Shown here: positions 22,100 through 33,794 of the stretch, one piece after another
How positions within the stretch are numbered: position 1 is the first letter of the stretch
Layout of the letters: every line of letters starts with the position of its first letter
Assembly (NCBI GenBank): GCA_013265495.1
Contig: MU063891.1
Coordinates: forward strand, 3,184,960-3,248,959
DNA length: 64,000 nt
Source of the DNA: Vicugna vicugna
Lineage: Eukaryota
Direction: 5' to 3'
Translations under genes and position numbers: made by a program
The notes under the pieces: model-generated
Seen by the model: the letters and a program-made list of their open reading frames with translations, nothing else
The model's database searches: none
Told to the model about the DNA's origin: nothing

Positions 22100-23320
22100 G
22101 AATCCTGCGCCAGAGCACTAGGGGCCCGATATTTCAGCAAGTTCAGCCCCTCCAGGCACAGATGGGGAACCTGACTCGGGCACTGCTGTCACGAGGTCAC
22201 CAGCCGGTCAGTGGGGGAGCTGGGCCCCAAACGAGGGGGTCCAGATTCCAGCGTGGGGAGGGGTGGGGGGTGGGAGGGGTTTCTGTCACTGCCAGCGCCG
22301 CTGTGCTCCTGGGCCGACAGGGGACCGGGCGACTGCAGCAGACTGAGCCCCGGAGGCCCGGAAGAGGAGCGGGCCCCGCGCCGGCCGCGTCCGGACACCT
22401 CGACGCTCCTTGCTTGGGTAATCCCGGATGAGATCCGATGGAAGCTTAGGTCCGCTCCAGGCAGAAGAGAAGGCGCAGAGGCAGATTTTCCGCCCAGCCC
22501 TAAATTTGGAGAGCGAACCGCATCCCCCACAGCCGGGACTCTAGGTAAACGGGCCACATCCTATCCACAGACGGTGACGCTGTCGCCCAGCCTGAGTGCC
22601 GCCCCGCCACGGCCACCGAGGCCACCCAGTACAAAAGCCCCCTCCCTGCCCGGAGGCAACCCAGCCCCTCACCCCAGGCCCAGGCATTTGGAAAGGGACG
22701 GTCCCCTCGCTTCCTCCCCCGCCCAAGCCAAACAAATCTCTTCACCACTCCAAGACCCTGGGAAACAAAACCCAGAGACCACACCAGCACGCAAACGAGG
22801 CTGCCGCTGTGCCTCCGGGGGGCCGGGTCCCCGAAACCGGGACAGGGAGCAGCTCAGGCGTCTCGCGAGAGACGTGGCCCGGGAATGGAGTTGGGGTGGG
22901 TGGGGGGAGTGCCCGCGGCGGCGAGGACCCGCCACCCCGAGACTGGAAGGGCCGGGATGGGCGCGAGAGCTGAGCGGCACCCGAGATTAGCTTTGCGGCC
23001 GCGCTCCGGAACAAGCGCGAAATTTGCCGCTTCTGGGCTCTGTGGGATGGGGGGAGGGGGCTGGACAGGAAGGGAGATTCTGAGGGAGAGTTGGCTGAAG
23101 GCCTGGCCCGGGATGGGGGGGACTGTGACCCCGATCTTGCTTCCCGTCGGCAGCCCCGGGAGCCTAGCTCTGCGCGGCGCGCAGGAAGCACCCTCGGGAA
23201 GATGTGGGCCTGTCGCGGCGGGCCTGAGCCCTGCAGCCCGTCTCCGGCTAGCCGCTGGTTTTATGCGGAGCGGGGCGCCTCGAGGATGTGACAGGCGCAG
23301 CCGAATGGGGTCTCTCCATC
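22100..23320. promoter_or_regulatory. Downstream CpG island with G-quadruplex motifs
   Basis: Dense CpG; ggggaggggtggggggtgggagggg at 22255-22279. Confidence 0.75.
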
Positions 23321-24859
23321 CCTCCTCGGGTCGCCCCTCTTTGTGAAAAAGAAGTTACTCTTGTTCATTTCCTTTCCCTCTTCTGGATTCTCTTGGAGTC
23401 AGTGGTGGGAACCCATAAGGTGGAAGGAAAGAACAAGGGCTGGGGCCACATTAAGTAACTCAGCCAGATGTAAAGTTTGCATCTCCTGGAGCGGGAGGAT
23501 GCTCTCTTACTATACCCACGGGAACCCCAGCAGGAGCAGCACTGGCCTCTCAACCAGGAGTGGGCAGCCGTGCATGGGGACCTTCTGGGGCTCCAGGGTC
23601 AGGGAAAACAAGGCAGCTCCTCTGTTTCCTGTTGCCCTGCTATTTGATTTCATTTCTGCACTCAAGGGGGACCCCTGCCCCATAAGTTACATCTCTGATC
23701 CCACACTAGGTTCCTCTGTCCACAGAGGGGACCGACTGACCACTGGAGCCTCTGCCCCCAAGGTCTTTCAGATCCAGGTTTCTCAGGGGCTGCAGCCAGG
23801 CTGAGAATGACCACAAAGGCCCCATGGGCCCCTCTAGCCCAGCCTGGTCCCAGACTTTCTGAGCTGAAAGAAACTTCTCGACAACCACCTTCCCAGCTGC
23901 ACTTGAGGGAGGTAAGGAAGCCAGGACTCCTCACTCCCCATCAGTGGGCAGGGCAGAAAGGTGACAACAGTGACAAGGCTGTGCATCTGAGTCAGCCTGG
24001 CTCGAGGCCAAATTCTCCACTGGCTCTGGTCCCAGGCCACTGCACACCGTGCAGCAGAAGGCAGGTCCTCCCTGACTTTGCAGGGGGCCTGTCACTTTTG
24101 TGACTTCAAAAGTTCCCTTGGTCTTAGTTCTCACTCTGTATTACACTGCATCTCATTGACTTTAAGGCAGCATCTTCCTGTTTCTGAAACCTGGGTTCAT
24201 ATGACAGTGGGGAGGGGGTGTTTCAGGTGCTGTGGGCCCTGTGTCTGCAGGATATGACTGTCCCCAAGGCATGTGTCCTTGGCTGGACAGTGATGGCCCC
24301 TTACCTCTCAGGCACCAACTCTCAGTGGAGAAAACCATGAAGACAAGGAGGGAGGAAGGGACCTTCCTCAAGGCACAGGAAGACACGGGGCAAAAGCAGG
24401 GAAGGATCTCAGCTCTACTTACCCACCAGGCAGAGGCCAAGTGGGACAGGGCTGTGGGCTGCCAGAGGGGACCCGTTCACAGGTGGCTCTGACCTCGGAG
24501 ACATTGAGGAACACCTCAATCCATTGAGTTCCCTGATTGTTTCCTTTTTATGCAAACGCAGTGATAGAAATTTATGTCTTAATAAGCCCCAAAGAGATCC
24601 TTGTGTAAGTATAAGATAAAAATTCTGGGTGCCGAAAGAGCATTGGGTCATGGCTTCATTGGTAATGTTTAAAAATTTTTCTTTCTTCGTGTTTCAGGAA
24701 ATAACAGTGTCTGACATCAGTGTGGTCGTGGACTCTCTGATATTGATCAGGCTCTTTCTTGGTCCATTCATTTATTTAACAAGCAGTTACTGAATGTGGT
24801 GGGGTTCCCAATACTGAGACACAGGACCTTTCCCCTAACACCGATCCAGTTACAGCCCA

Positions 24860-24990
24860 ATAAGACAGGTGCTCTACTCCTATTTTCTAGATGGAGATAC
24901 TGCTCAGAGATGTTAGGCAAGTTGCCCAGGGACACACAGCTGTTAGCTGCAGAATGTTGATCTGACTTCAGCTCTGTGGCTCTCCATGGC
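24860..24990 (-). mobile_element. MIR remnant
   Basis: cctattttctagatggagatactgctcagagatgttaggcaagttgcccagggacacacagct. Confidence 0.6.
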
Positions 24991-25077
24991 CCCTCACCCG
25001 TCTGCCTCAAGGTTCAGCTTGGGGTGTCCCAGATGCCTTAGGGTCCCAAACAGCTTCTGCCTACCCAGAATGAGTCT

Positions 25078-25440
25078 CATCATTTGTCTATAAAGTATCT
25101 ATTAAACGCCTGCTGTGTTCCAGGCACTGTGCTAGGCATGGGGCATACAGCCTCTGACTCCAGGAGCTCACATTGGAGGTGAGGGCATTTGGGTAGACCA
25201 CAAAGATGCCACAATTCAATCCACAGGATGATTTCAGGGAATGATAAATGCCTTGTAAGGGAATCAAGCAGGTGATAGGCAATGAGTGGTATGGGGGCTT
25301 TAGTCAGAGTGGCCAGGGAGAGGCTCTCTCGTGAGCTGACCTTTCAATTGAGACTTGAATGACAAGAAGGAATGTGTGCCCGGCAGGGGGCATAACAAGT
25401 GCAAAGGTCCTGAGGCACTTCGGAGCTTGGCCTTAAAGAT
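25078..25440 (-). mobile_element. L2 3' region
   Basis: tattaaacgcctgctgtgttccaggcactgtgctaggcatggggcatacag..ggagctcaca..gagacttgaatgacaagaagga..tgcaaaggtcctgagg. Confidence 0.75.
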
Positions 25441-25637
25441 GCAGGAGAAAGGTCAAGGTGGTGGGACCAAGTATGGAGAAGTGGGCAAAGGCAGTAGATA
25501 AGGGTGAGGAGGTGGGCCTAGGCTCTGCGTGGAAGGCAACGGGGAGAAGGCGGCTTTCTGGTTCCCGCCAAGGGCAGACGCCTCCGCCAGCTCAGCCCCT
25601 CTGAACTCACAGCCGTCAGAGCCCCGCGGCAGCTCCG

Positions 25638-25767
25638 NNNNNNNNNNNNNNNNNNNNNNNNNNNNNNNNNNNNNNNNNNNNNNNNNNNNNNNNNNNNNNN
25701 NNNNNNNNNNNNNNNNNNNNNNNNNNNNNNNNNNNNNNNNNNNNNNNNNNNNNNNNNNNNNNNNNNN
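25638..25767. other. Assembly gap in a GC-rich patch
   Basis: 130 N with CpG-rich flanks. Confidence 1.
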
Positions 25768-27234
25768 TGCGCACAGGAGGCGGCACCCGAGCGGGGAAGG
25801 GGCAGGTGGAGGTGGGAGCAGGCCCTGGGGACCGGCCCAGGGCAGGAGGTGGGAAGAACCCAGGAGAGAGGAGAGACAAAAGAGAGATGTGGGATCCAAT
25901 ATTGAACATTGCCAATGAGGGCGTGGGTAAGAGAGGGAAAGAGAGAAGGGGTGGGGGAGAGAGAGAGAGAAAGAGGGAGAGAAAGACACGGTGGAGGGGG
26001 TGGGGGCATGTGGAGGTAAAGAAAGCCAAAAGGGGCGGGGAGGAGACTCAGTGGAGATGGAGAGGGACAGAGGAGAAAAGGGGAGAGGAAGGTAGGGGTA
26101 GAGGGAAGAAATGGGAGTTATAGGCAGCGGGTAATAAAAGAAAAGGGGAGGGGAGCAAGGTAAGTGGTAGCAGGAATGGGGTTCTTCCTTGAGAATGCTT
26201 GTCTCCCAGATCACCGTGTGACCTTGTGCGCCAGAGTGTGCTGCTTGGTAAACGGCGTGGAAAATGGAAAGCAGTCTAAAGTGCCTTTGCCTGTGGTTGT
26301 CTTGCGGTGTTTCAGCCTCGCAAACACACCAAGCTCCTTTCTTCCTCAGGGTCCTTGGATATGCTGTTCCCAGTCCTTGGTGTTCTTCCCTGCACTCCCC
26401 GGCTGCTGTGTGTCCTTCCTCTTCCTCCAGGTCTGGGCTCCCACACGATTTCCAGGGTGGCCGTCTCTGACTGCCCCGCCTTGCTGGCTGGCCCTCACCT
26501 CTGCTGTGCCGCCCTGTGCATTACCTGGGGTCTCTTTTTGGGCATGGCCGTCTCAGTCCTGGCACAGCCTGACAGCCCCTGGCAGCAGCTCCTTTCCACC
26601 TGACATTCTCCTGAGCAACAGGAAACACGGGGTCTGCAGCCAGACGGACCTGGACCCAGACGTCCTGGCTCTTGCCGGGTGGGTCGTCCACTGCAGATGA
26701 TCAGGAAATTCCCAGAGCTAGGAGGACGCCAGGCTGAGTGAGCTCTTTCCCTTCCAGGGTCCCTGCCGGATACTTCTTTCCTGTCAGGGGCAGGTGGGCT
26801 GGGCATAAGCAGGGTGGGCTCCTGGAGCCATGCACCTTTCAGCGTGTCTCCTAGGGGTGTGATGTGGGAGCTCGGAGCAGCATCGTCCCCCAGCCTTGGA
26901 GCCAGACTGGGACCCAGGACCCTCCCTGAACTTGTAAGTGTGCCACCACTGCCCCACCATTCATGGAACACCGACGCTGGGCAGTGCTTTTGTTAAACCT
27001 CATCCAGGTTAATCCTGGAGCCCTCCAAGATGGGGACTGCCAAGTCTGCTTCAAGGACGAGGAGCCTGAAGTTCAGAAAAGGGTAACTTGCCTATCCTTA
27101 CATGGGCAGAGCTGGGATGTAAATTAGGCCAGAGCAACTTACTGCTTCAGCTCTATATCTTCAACCTGAGTAAGTTCCTACAAAGTTTTAGCTGAGATCA
27201 GTGCTGAGATCGGCGGAGGCAGCTTGGCTTCATG

Positions 27235-27420
27235 CTTGAGGGCGTGGGTTCCAAGCCAGGCTAGCTTAGGTTCAAATCCTGACACATCAATCATGAGCTG
27301 TGTGACCTTGGGCAAGTTACCTGTCCTCTTTGTGCCTCAGTTTCCCTCTCTTTAAAATAGGGACAAACAATAACATCTCATATCCTCCTTGAGGAACAGG
27401 GTTTCCTCACAAGGGATTTT
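27235..27420 (+). mobile_element. MIR SINE
   Basis: ggttcaaatcctg..agctgtgtgaccttgggcaagttacc..tgtgcctcagtttccc..taaaataggga. Confidence 0.85.
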
Positions 27421-28499
27421 AAAAATTATTTGCAGGGTATGACTTGATGTTTCTGTGCAGTGTCTCAGGGGCTGATGGGAGTGACTTGGGTGTTGACAAG
27501 GAAGCAACCCCCCTGCCCCGCCCTCCTCCCACACGTGTCTTCAGGCCATTTATCATTGTGCACAATTGTTTGAGAGGTTATCCGTTGATGGATCTCTGGC
27601 CATCTCTCCCACTGGTCTGTCTGCACTGGGAGGGTGGGGACCCTGGCTGCTCTGCTCACCCCTGCACCCTCACTCCTAGAACAGCGCCTGGGGTGTTGTC
27701 AGTGCACAAGAAACAACTATGGGCCAGAAGAGTGGATGCCGCTTACAAGCTGGGAGCTCCTGGGCCAAGCACACCCCACACCGCCCCTGCCCTGTACCAT
27801 GTATGTGCTGAGGATGTGTGTGAAGATCTCATATGACAATAGTTATCCTGGTCTTTGCCCCAACAGGCTCTAGAATGAATTCTTCTCCTCCCAGGGCCTT
27901 GTGGTGGTAAACTGAGGCAGGGGCAGTGTGATTGGCCGGCCCTTAGGTGTGACCTTAGGGGAGCTCTGCTGGTGCAGGTGGCTGCCCCGAGCCACAGCGC
28001 CGTGTCATTCCTACACTTCGTCTTCAATAGCTCCCATTTTCCTAGGTCAGACCCAGAGCTCCTGGACAGGCCCTCTATCCACCCTCTCCTCTCACCACCC
28101 TCTGCCTGGCCATGCCCTGGTCCACTTAGTGGGTTCCATCATGTCTAGACCCTGTCACCCTCCAGAGCACCCTCCCCTGCCTGCAGCACCATCTCTGCCC
28201 TTCCTCAGTGGCCAACTGTAAATACTTTCAGACACGGCTTCTCCAGAGACCTCCCCAGCTCCATCCCTGGCTGGATTGGGCACCAGGGTGTGCTCCCACA
28301 TCCCCGGGGGCTTGCCCTGAATCTGGACAATCACGCACGTCCCCTCCAGGCAGTGGGCAGACTGCCAGGCCCCCAGTGAATGAATTAAGTGAGTGAATAG
28401 ATGAATGAGGGTCTGGGTCTGATTCCGACCTACAAGCACTGGCTTCAGGCTGCTGGAGGGTGTTGGCTGCCACCCTCACAGGAATTCACACTTTGTGCC

Positions 28500-28620
28500 C
28501 CCAACAAGTAATCTCCAACCAGTGGCTACCAGGAATTGGTGGGTAAGCACAGTTCCTTACCCTGAGTCACCCCTACTGGGAACGTGCTGGAAAATACACC
28601 CTTTTCAACCGTGTGGCGTT
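28500..28620. mobile_element. Possible ERVL-class LTR fragment (LTR16/LTR33-like)
   Basis: ccaaccagtggctaccaggaattggtgggtaagc..ggaacgtgctggaaaatacacccttt; by-eye resemblance only. Confidence 0.35.
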
Positions 28621-28714
28621 TCGCCCTCTGTAACATAAGCACATGGGGTCAGCTCCAGGAGGGCCACTGGGATGGGCAACCACAAAAGCAACTCCACTGA
28701 CAGCTCAGAGTTAC

Positions 28715-28962
28715 TGGGGCTCTAGTAGGATTTTATTGAACAAGGGAATAGCTGCTAAGTGAAGTCTAAGATGGCCAGATGCTTTCTGAGGACTCATCCC
28801 AGCTCAGAGCATCTGGGGTCCTCCGATGCTCTTCGTCCACCTCCAAGAGCATCTGGACTTCTGATGCTGTTCGTCTGCTTTCAAGAGCTTCTGGAAGCCT
28901 TTGATGCTGTCCCCCCACCTTCAAGCAGCCGCTGGCTTTGCTTCAATCAGGCAGCAGCCACC
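28715..28962 (-). ncRNA. Candidate terminal exon of a minus-strand non-coding transcript
   Basis: CAG acceptor at 28965-28963 after a long pyrimidine tract; AATAAA at 28737-28732; all three frames stop within 14 codons. Confidence 0.4.
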
Positions 28963-29454
28963 CTGGTGGATGACGAGGAGGAAGAGGGGGAGGAGGAGTA
29001 GGAGAAAGGGCAGGGGCAAGATGAAGAAGAAGGAGGAGCAGGGAGGAAGCAGAAGATGGGGAAGGGCGGGGAGAAAGTGGAGAAGTACATCAGCGCTGCC
29101 CTCATGTCCTGTCTGTGTAATGCCAATAGCTGCTGGGCAGAAACTTCTGGATGTCTGCCTGCACTTCCCGCTTGTCAGAGGGACTTTGGGCATTGTGTGA
29201 AATGAACTGGGAGAGGCCCTTCTAAAGGAGGGACATCGTGTTTCTTTGTAGCCGTGGCCCTGCCCAGTGGCCCAACTGGTAGATGTACAAGTCAAGACGA
29301 GGGAGGGTGGGAGGGAGGACACAGAAACCATGCCTTCCGGGTCTGTGGGAGAAAGTCCAGGCCTGGATGCTCTGAGCATGCGCCCTTCATTCGTTCATGT
29401 ATTCATGTCTTCACTCCCACCTTTGATCTGCAACAAAAAGTTATATATGCTGAT

Positions 29455-29942
29455 TTGTACACCCATGCTCGTAAGAACATTAGTCACAGAAGCCAAAAGG
29501 TGGAAACAACCCAGATAGCCATCGACGGATGATGGATAAGCAAGACATGGTCTATCTGTACAATGGAATAGAATTCAGCCTTAAAATAAGGAAATTCTGA
29601 CACATGTGACAACATGGAGGAACCTCAACAACATTGTGCTCAGTGAAGTAAGCCAGTTACAGAAAGACAAATCCTGTGTGATTCCACTTATGTGAAGTGC
29701 TTTTGTCAAAATCGTACAGACAGAAATTAGAATGGTGGGTGCCAGGGGCTGGGGGAGGGGAGGATGGGAAGCTACTGTTTAGTATGTACAGAGTGTCAGT
29801 CTTACAAGACGAAAAGAGTTATGCGGAGGGATGGTGGTGATGGCTGAACAGCAGTGTGAATGTGTTTCATACCACTGTACGCTTAAAAATGGTTAATGGT
29901 AAATGTTACGTTATGTGGATTTTAGCACAATGAAAGAAAAAA
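29455..29942 (+). mobile_element. L1MB-type LINE-1 3' end with A-rich tail
   Basis: agccaaaaggtggaaacaaccca..acaatggaata..aacatggaggaacctc..agtgaagtaagccag..tgattccacttat..gaatggtgggtgccaggggctggggg. Confidence 0.9.
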
Positions 29943-30402
29943 ATTTTTTTTAACATTTTTTATTGATTCATAATCATTTTACAGTGTTGTGGAAAAATTT
30001 TTAATTCATGTGTTTTAACTCTATCCACTGAATATTCCTTGACATGATAAATCCAGTAGCAGCGAGCATGTCTGGTGCCCTCACTGTGAGCCCTATTATT
30101 TCCCACTGAAAGGAACCAGGGCTCCGTAGAGAAATAGCTGGTCTATGTCTGGGGCGGGAAACAGACAAGTTGAGCTTGGAGTTTCTTGTTATAACAGATA
30201 GCAATGAGGTGACAAGGGTTACTGGGCACATGTGGAAAGGACCCAGGGGCCAAGGGGAAGAGACCCCCCGACTCCATCCAATATGGGATAATTTGAGCAA
30301 CAGCAATAACTACAATGTTTTGAAACACATCAAACATTTGGGAAAAAAAACAAAAACTCAAGACTAAGGAAAACTCATTAGCAGCTTTTGGAGGGTGCTA
30401 GG

Positions 30403-30475
30403 TGTTATGGACACAATGTTTGTGTTCCCCTTAAATTTATCTGTCGATATCCTAACCCCCAAAGTGGTGGGTTGA
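30403..30475 (+). mobile_element. MLT1A/MST-like LTR 5' fragment
   Basis: tgttatggacacaatgtttgtgttccccttaaatttat..cctaacccccaaagtg. Confidence 0.5.
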
Positions 30476-31649
30476 GCCTCAGAGCAAGGAGCAGGGAGGG
30501 GCTGGGAAACAGTCCTTGGAGCCTCTGCGTGGTCTCCTTTCCCCTCAGTGAGACTGGTGCTGGCAAACAAGAGCTTTCTCCCAGCATCAGCTGCCAGGGA
30601 TGCCCATGACAGGGTGAGCGCCCCCCTCAGGAGAGGTGTGTGACGTGAGAGGAGTGGTGGGGGGATGGTGTGGCAAGGAGGGCTGCGTCCGAGGGCACCT
30701 CCAGCCCTGAGAGTCAGGCATCTTCTCTTCAGTTGGTGAATGAAGAAACTGAAGCCCAGAATGTGCCAGTGAAACACAAAGTTGTCATTTCTGGGCCCCC
30801 CAGACCGCAGGGCCACCAGCTCTGCCTGCAGTGTCTGTGCTGACGTGTGAAGTGCGGACAGTCAGAGGATGCTGGCTCCGATGCTGACGGTGCCACTTGC
30901 AGTCTGGGAGCAAGCCTGGACTCAGTGTCCCCGCCTAGGGACCGCTGACCTGCAGGGGGCACGGGGTCGTGTCCCACGCACGTCCTTCCCTGCCGGGGTC
31001 CCACGTCTGCAGGACAAGCCCCTGTTCACGGCCGTCTTCACCACAAAGTACTATTTGTGATTTTTTTAAAAAACACACTCTCTGTGAGTGACTCATGCAT
31101 CTAAAATTATTTTAATATATTTTACACACTTGTGTATAAATGGGGCCGTGTGTTTCTTCTTATTAAAGGAGTCTTATTTAGGCTGGTCATAATATGACCA
31201 GGAGGTGCTCTGCCGAGCCCGGGGTATTTACAGGGACTCAGAGTGGTGAGCAGCGTGGAGAGTGGCTCTGCCGCGTGGGATTCTGGTGATGCCGGTGCCC
31301 GGTGGTCACCTCTGGGGTGCCGCAGACCCCAGGGCCAGGGTGCTCAGGCTGCTGGCCTCCTGCACCCAGCAACATGAGGTGCTTCCTGGGGGACCCCCAG
31401 GACCTGCTCCAAGCCCCCCGGGAAGAAGTTCATCAGGTAAGAAATGTTGTCAGGTCCTGGTCTACACAATGGGTGGGCATGGGGGGAGGGCGCTGGGCGG
31501 CAGATCCTGGGTTCCTGTCCTTGTGGGGACAACTAATCTTGGAGAATTTTTGAGAACCTGCAAAGTGTCAGGTCAGTGCTCTGGAGTGGGAAGGAAACTT
31601 GAACCCTCTCTTAGCACGCATCCCGAGAAACCACATTGCATTGGCCATT

Positions 31650-31812
31650 GTTTTTGCTTTATCTTGTTTATGCCTGTCTCCCCATCTTAAGTGAAATCTC
31701 TAAGTGCCTGTCTCTTCCATCCCTCATGTGTCCTCAGCTTGCAGGAGAGTGCCTGCACACAGTAGGTGCCCGATAAGTGTTCGTAGGCCAGACCGATGCG
31801 TTGATTGACTGA
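31650..31812 (+). mobile_element. L2 3' end
   Basis: gtgcctgcacacagtaggtgcccgataagtgttc..ttgattgactga. Confidence 0.55.
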
Positions 31813-31834
31813 GTCTGGGCTCCTAGTGAATGTA

Positions 31835-32220
31835 TCGCCCACATTTTAATTGGGTATCCACCGGGGGTGGGAACCACAGGGCCCCAAATATACTCAGGTT
31901 CTGCTCGGGTGGAAGCTCCCAGCTGCTCTGCACTGTCTCAGCCTCCTTCCGTGGGATTCAGGTCGTTCCCCGTCCTCCCCACACCTGGCACTTCCCGTCT
32001 CTCTCATCCTAGCTCTTCTGTGCCTGGGTAGTGGTGGCTCACCGGAATTTTAATTCGCATTATCGCCTTTTCCTGTGTTTGCTGTCACATATATATGCTC
32101 GTCTGTGAAATGCTTATTCAAGATTTCTGCTCAGTTTCCTACGGGGCTACTTGTTTTTAATTTATTATTATTAAACTTAGGACACGGTACATATTCTGGA
32201 TAAAACCCTTGGTCACCGCA
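31835..32220 (-). mobile_element. Old L1M fragment
   Basis: tggtggctcaccggaattttaattcgcatt..tctgtgaaatgcttattcaagatttctgctcagttt..atattctggataaaaccctt. Confidence 0.6.
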
Positions 32221-32967
32221 TGGGTGGCAAAGAGGCCCTAGTTCCCGTGGCGTGCCGCGGGCCCACCATACTCGTTCCCTTTCTGTCTGTTGGGAGCTGG
32301 GTGTGTGCGGGCATGCTATTCCGAAGCCTGTCCCCGGGGAGGGGGCTACAGGGTTACCAGGGGAACAAATGTGCTCATTGGGTTTGCTTTCCTAAAGCCT
32401 CCTCTTTTTGTCATCTGAATTTTTGTCATACTGCTTCTCTTCAGAGTCAGATTAGAGAGTGCCTCCTCCAGGAAGCCCTCCACACAGTTCCAAACCTGAG
32501 GTAGGTGCCTCCTCGGTGCTGTTACAGTTCACTCTGTTGCATCATCACGTCCAGTTATCTGTTTCCCCAGCCAACGGGGTGACTTGGGTGGGCAGGGTCG
32601 TTGCTTCCCTGGGCACTCAGGACCTAATGCCGGCACGCAGTAGGTGCTCAGTGTGTGACATTTGAACGCTGAACTAAGCCACAAGTCTGCATCTCAGAGC
32701 TGTGTCTTCTCCTGGTTGCAAAAGCTCTCAAGTCCTCTTGTGGGGACTCTAATGTCAAGGCTTTCTCATCCCATCCTAAGTGTTAGCTGCCTGAGTTCTT
32801 GCCATGTGCCTTTCTTAGCTGCAGAACCGATCCACGACGGTTCACCTCATGTTTCTCTTTAAATCTGTTTTTTTTTTCAGTTTGGTTGGTTACTAGATCT
32901 TTTCATTTTTTTTAAATTGCAATTTCTTTTCTCCAATATCTTTTTAAAAAAACACTTTGTTTTTAAC

Positions 32968-33110
32968 GGGAGGGTATAGCTCAAGTGGTAGAGCGCATGC
33001 TTAGCATGCACAAGGTCCTGGGTTCAGTCCCCAGCACCTTCACTAAAAATAAACCTAATTACCTACCCCCCCACCAAAATAAAATAAATAATGCAATGAT
33101 AAATAAATAT
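32968..33110 (+). mobile_element. tRNA-Ala(AGC)-derived camelid SINE (Vic-1 type)
   Basis: gggagggtatagctcaagtggtagagcgcatgcttagcatgcacaaggtcctgggttcagtccccagcacct with A-box, B-box and AGC anticodon (33003-33005), followed by a unique segment and an A-rich tail. Confidence 0.85.
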
Positions 33111-33124
33111 TTTTAAAGACACTA

Positions 33125-33790
33125 TTTTTTAGAGTAGTTTTAGTTTCATAGCAAAATTGAGCAGAAGGTACAAGAATGTCCCATATACTCCCATTCCCTC
33201 ATCTGCCATTATCAACGCTCCCTGCCAGGACGGGACAGTTACTACTACTGGTGAGCCGACATGGCCACATCCCCTCACGATCACTCAAGTCCGTGGTTTA
33301 AATGAGGGTTCCCTCTCGGTGCTGTACATTCTATGGATTTTGACTTATGTACAGGGACACATATCCGTCATTATGGTACCGTCTGTGAAAATCCCGCGTC
33401 TCTCTTCTTCAGCCCTTTCCCTCCCCTCCCCCTGGCAACCACTGATCTTTCTAATGTGTCCAAAGTTTGGGCTTTTCCAGAATGTCATATAGCTTGACTC
33501 ATACAGTATGTAGGCTTCTCAGCCTGGCTTCTCTCACTTAGCAATATGCAATTAACTTTCCTTTATGTCTTGGCTTGATAGCTTATTTCATTTTAGTGCT
33601 GAGTTAATATTCCATTATCCAGTTTGTTCATTCATTCACCTACTGAAGGATGTCTTAGTGGTTTCCAAGTTTTGGCGATTATGAATAAAGCTGCTGTAAA
33701 CACCTCCGTGCAGCTTCTGTGCGACCTAAGTGTTCAGCTCCTTTGGAGCGGGGAGCATGACTCCTGGATCATGTGGCAAGAATACGTCTG
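33125..33790 (-). mobile_element. L1MB-type LINE-1 3' end
   Basis: ttttagagtagttttagtttcatagcaaaattgagcagaaggtaca..ccctggcaaccactgatctt..ttccagaatgtcatatag..tatgaataaagctgctgtaaaca. Confidence 0.85.
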
Positions 33791-33794
33791 GTTC

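Noticed and set aside
20369-23346. Several 150-260-aa ORFs downstream of BARX1
   Set aside because: Low-complexity frames in CpG islands with non-ATG starts and no exon structure.
28759-29001. Acidic-tailed ORF ending DDEEEEGEEE
   Set aside because: The acidic run is the translation of the purine-rich tract; no ATG in good context and no homology.
32968-33042. tRNA-Ala(AGC) gene
   Set aside because: The acceptor stem has two mismatches, and a SINE body and A-rich tail follow. It is a SINE head, not a tRNA gene.
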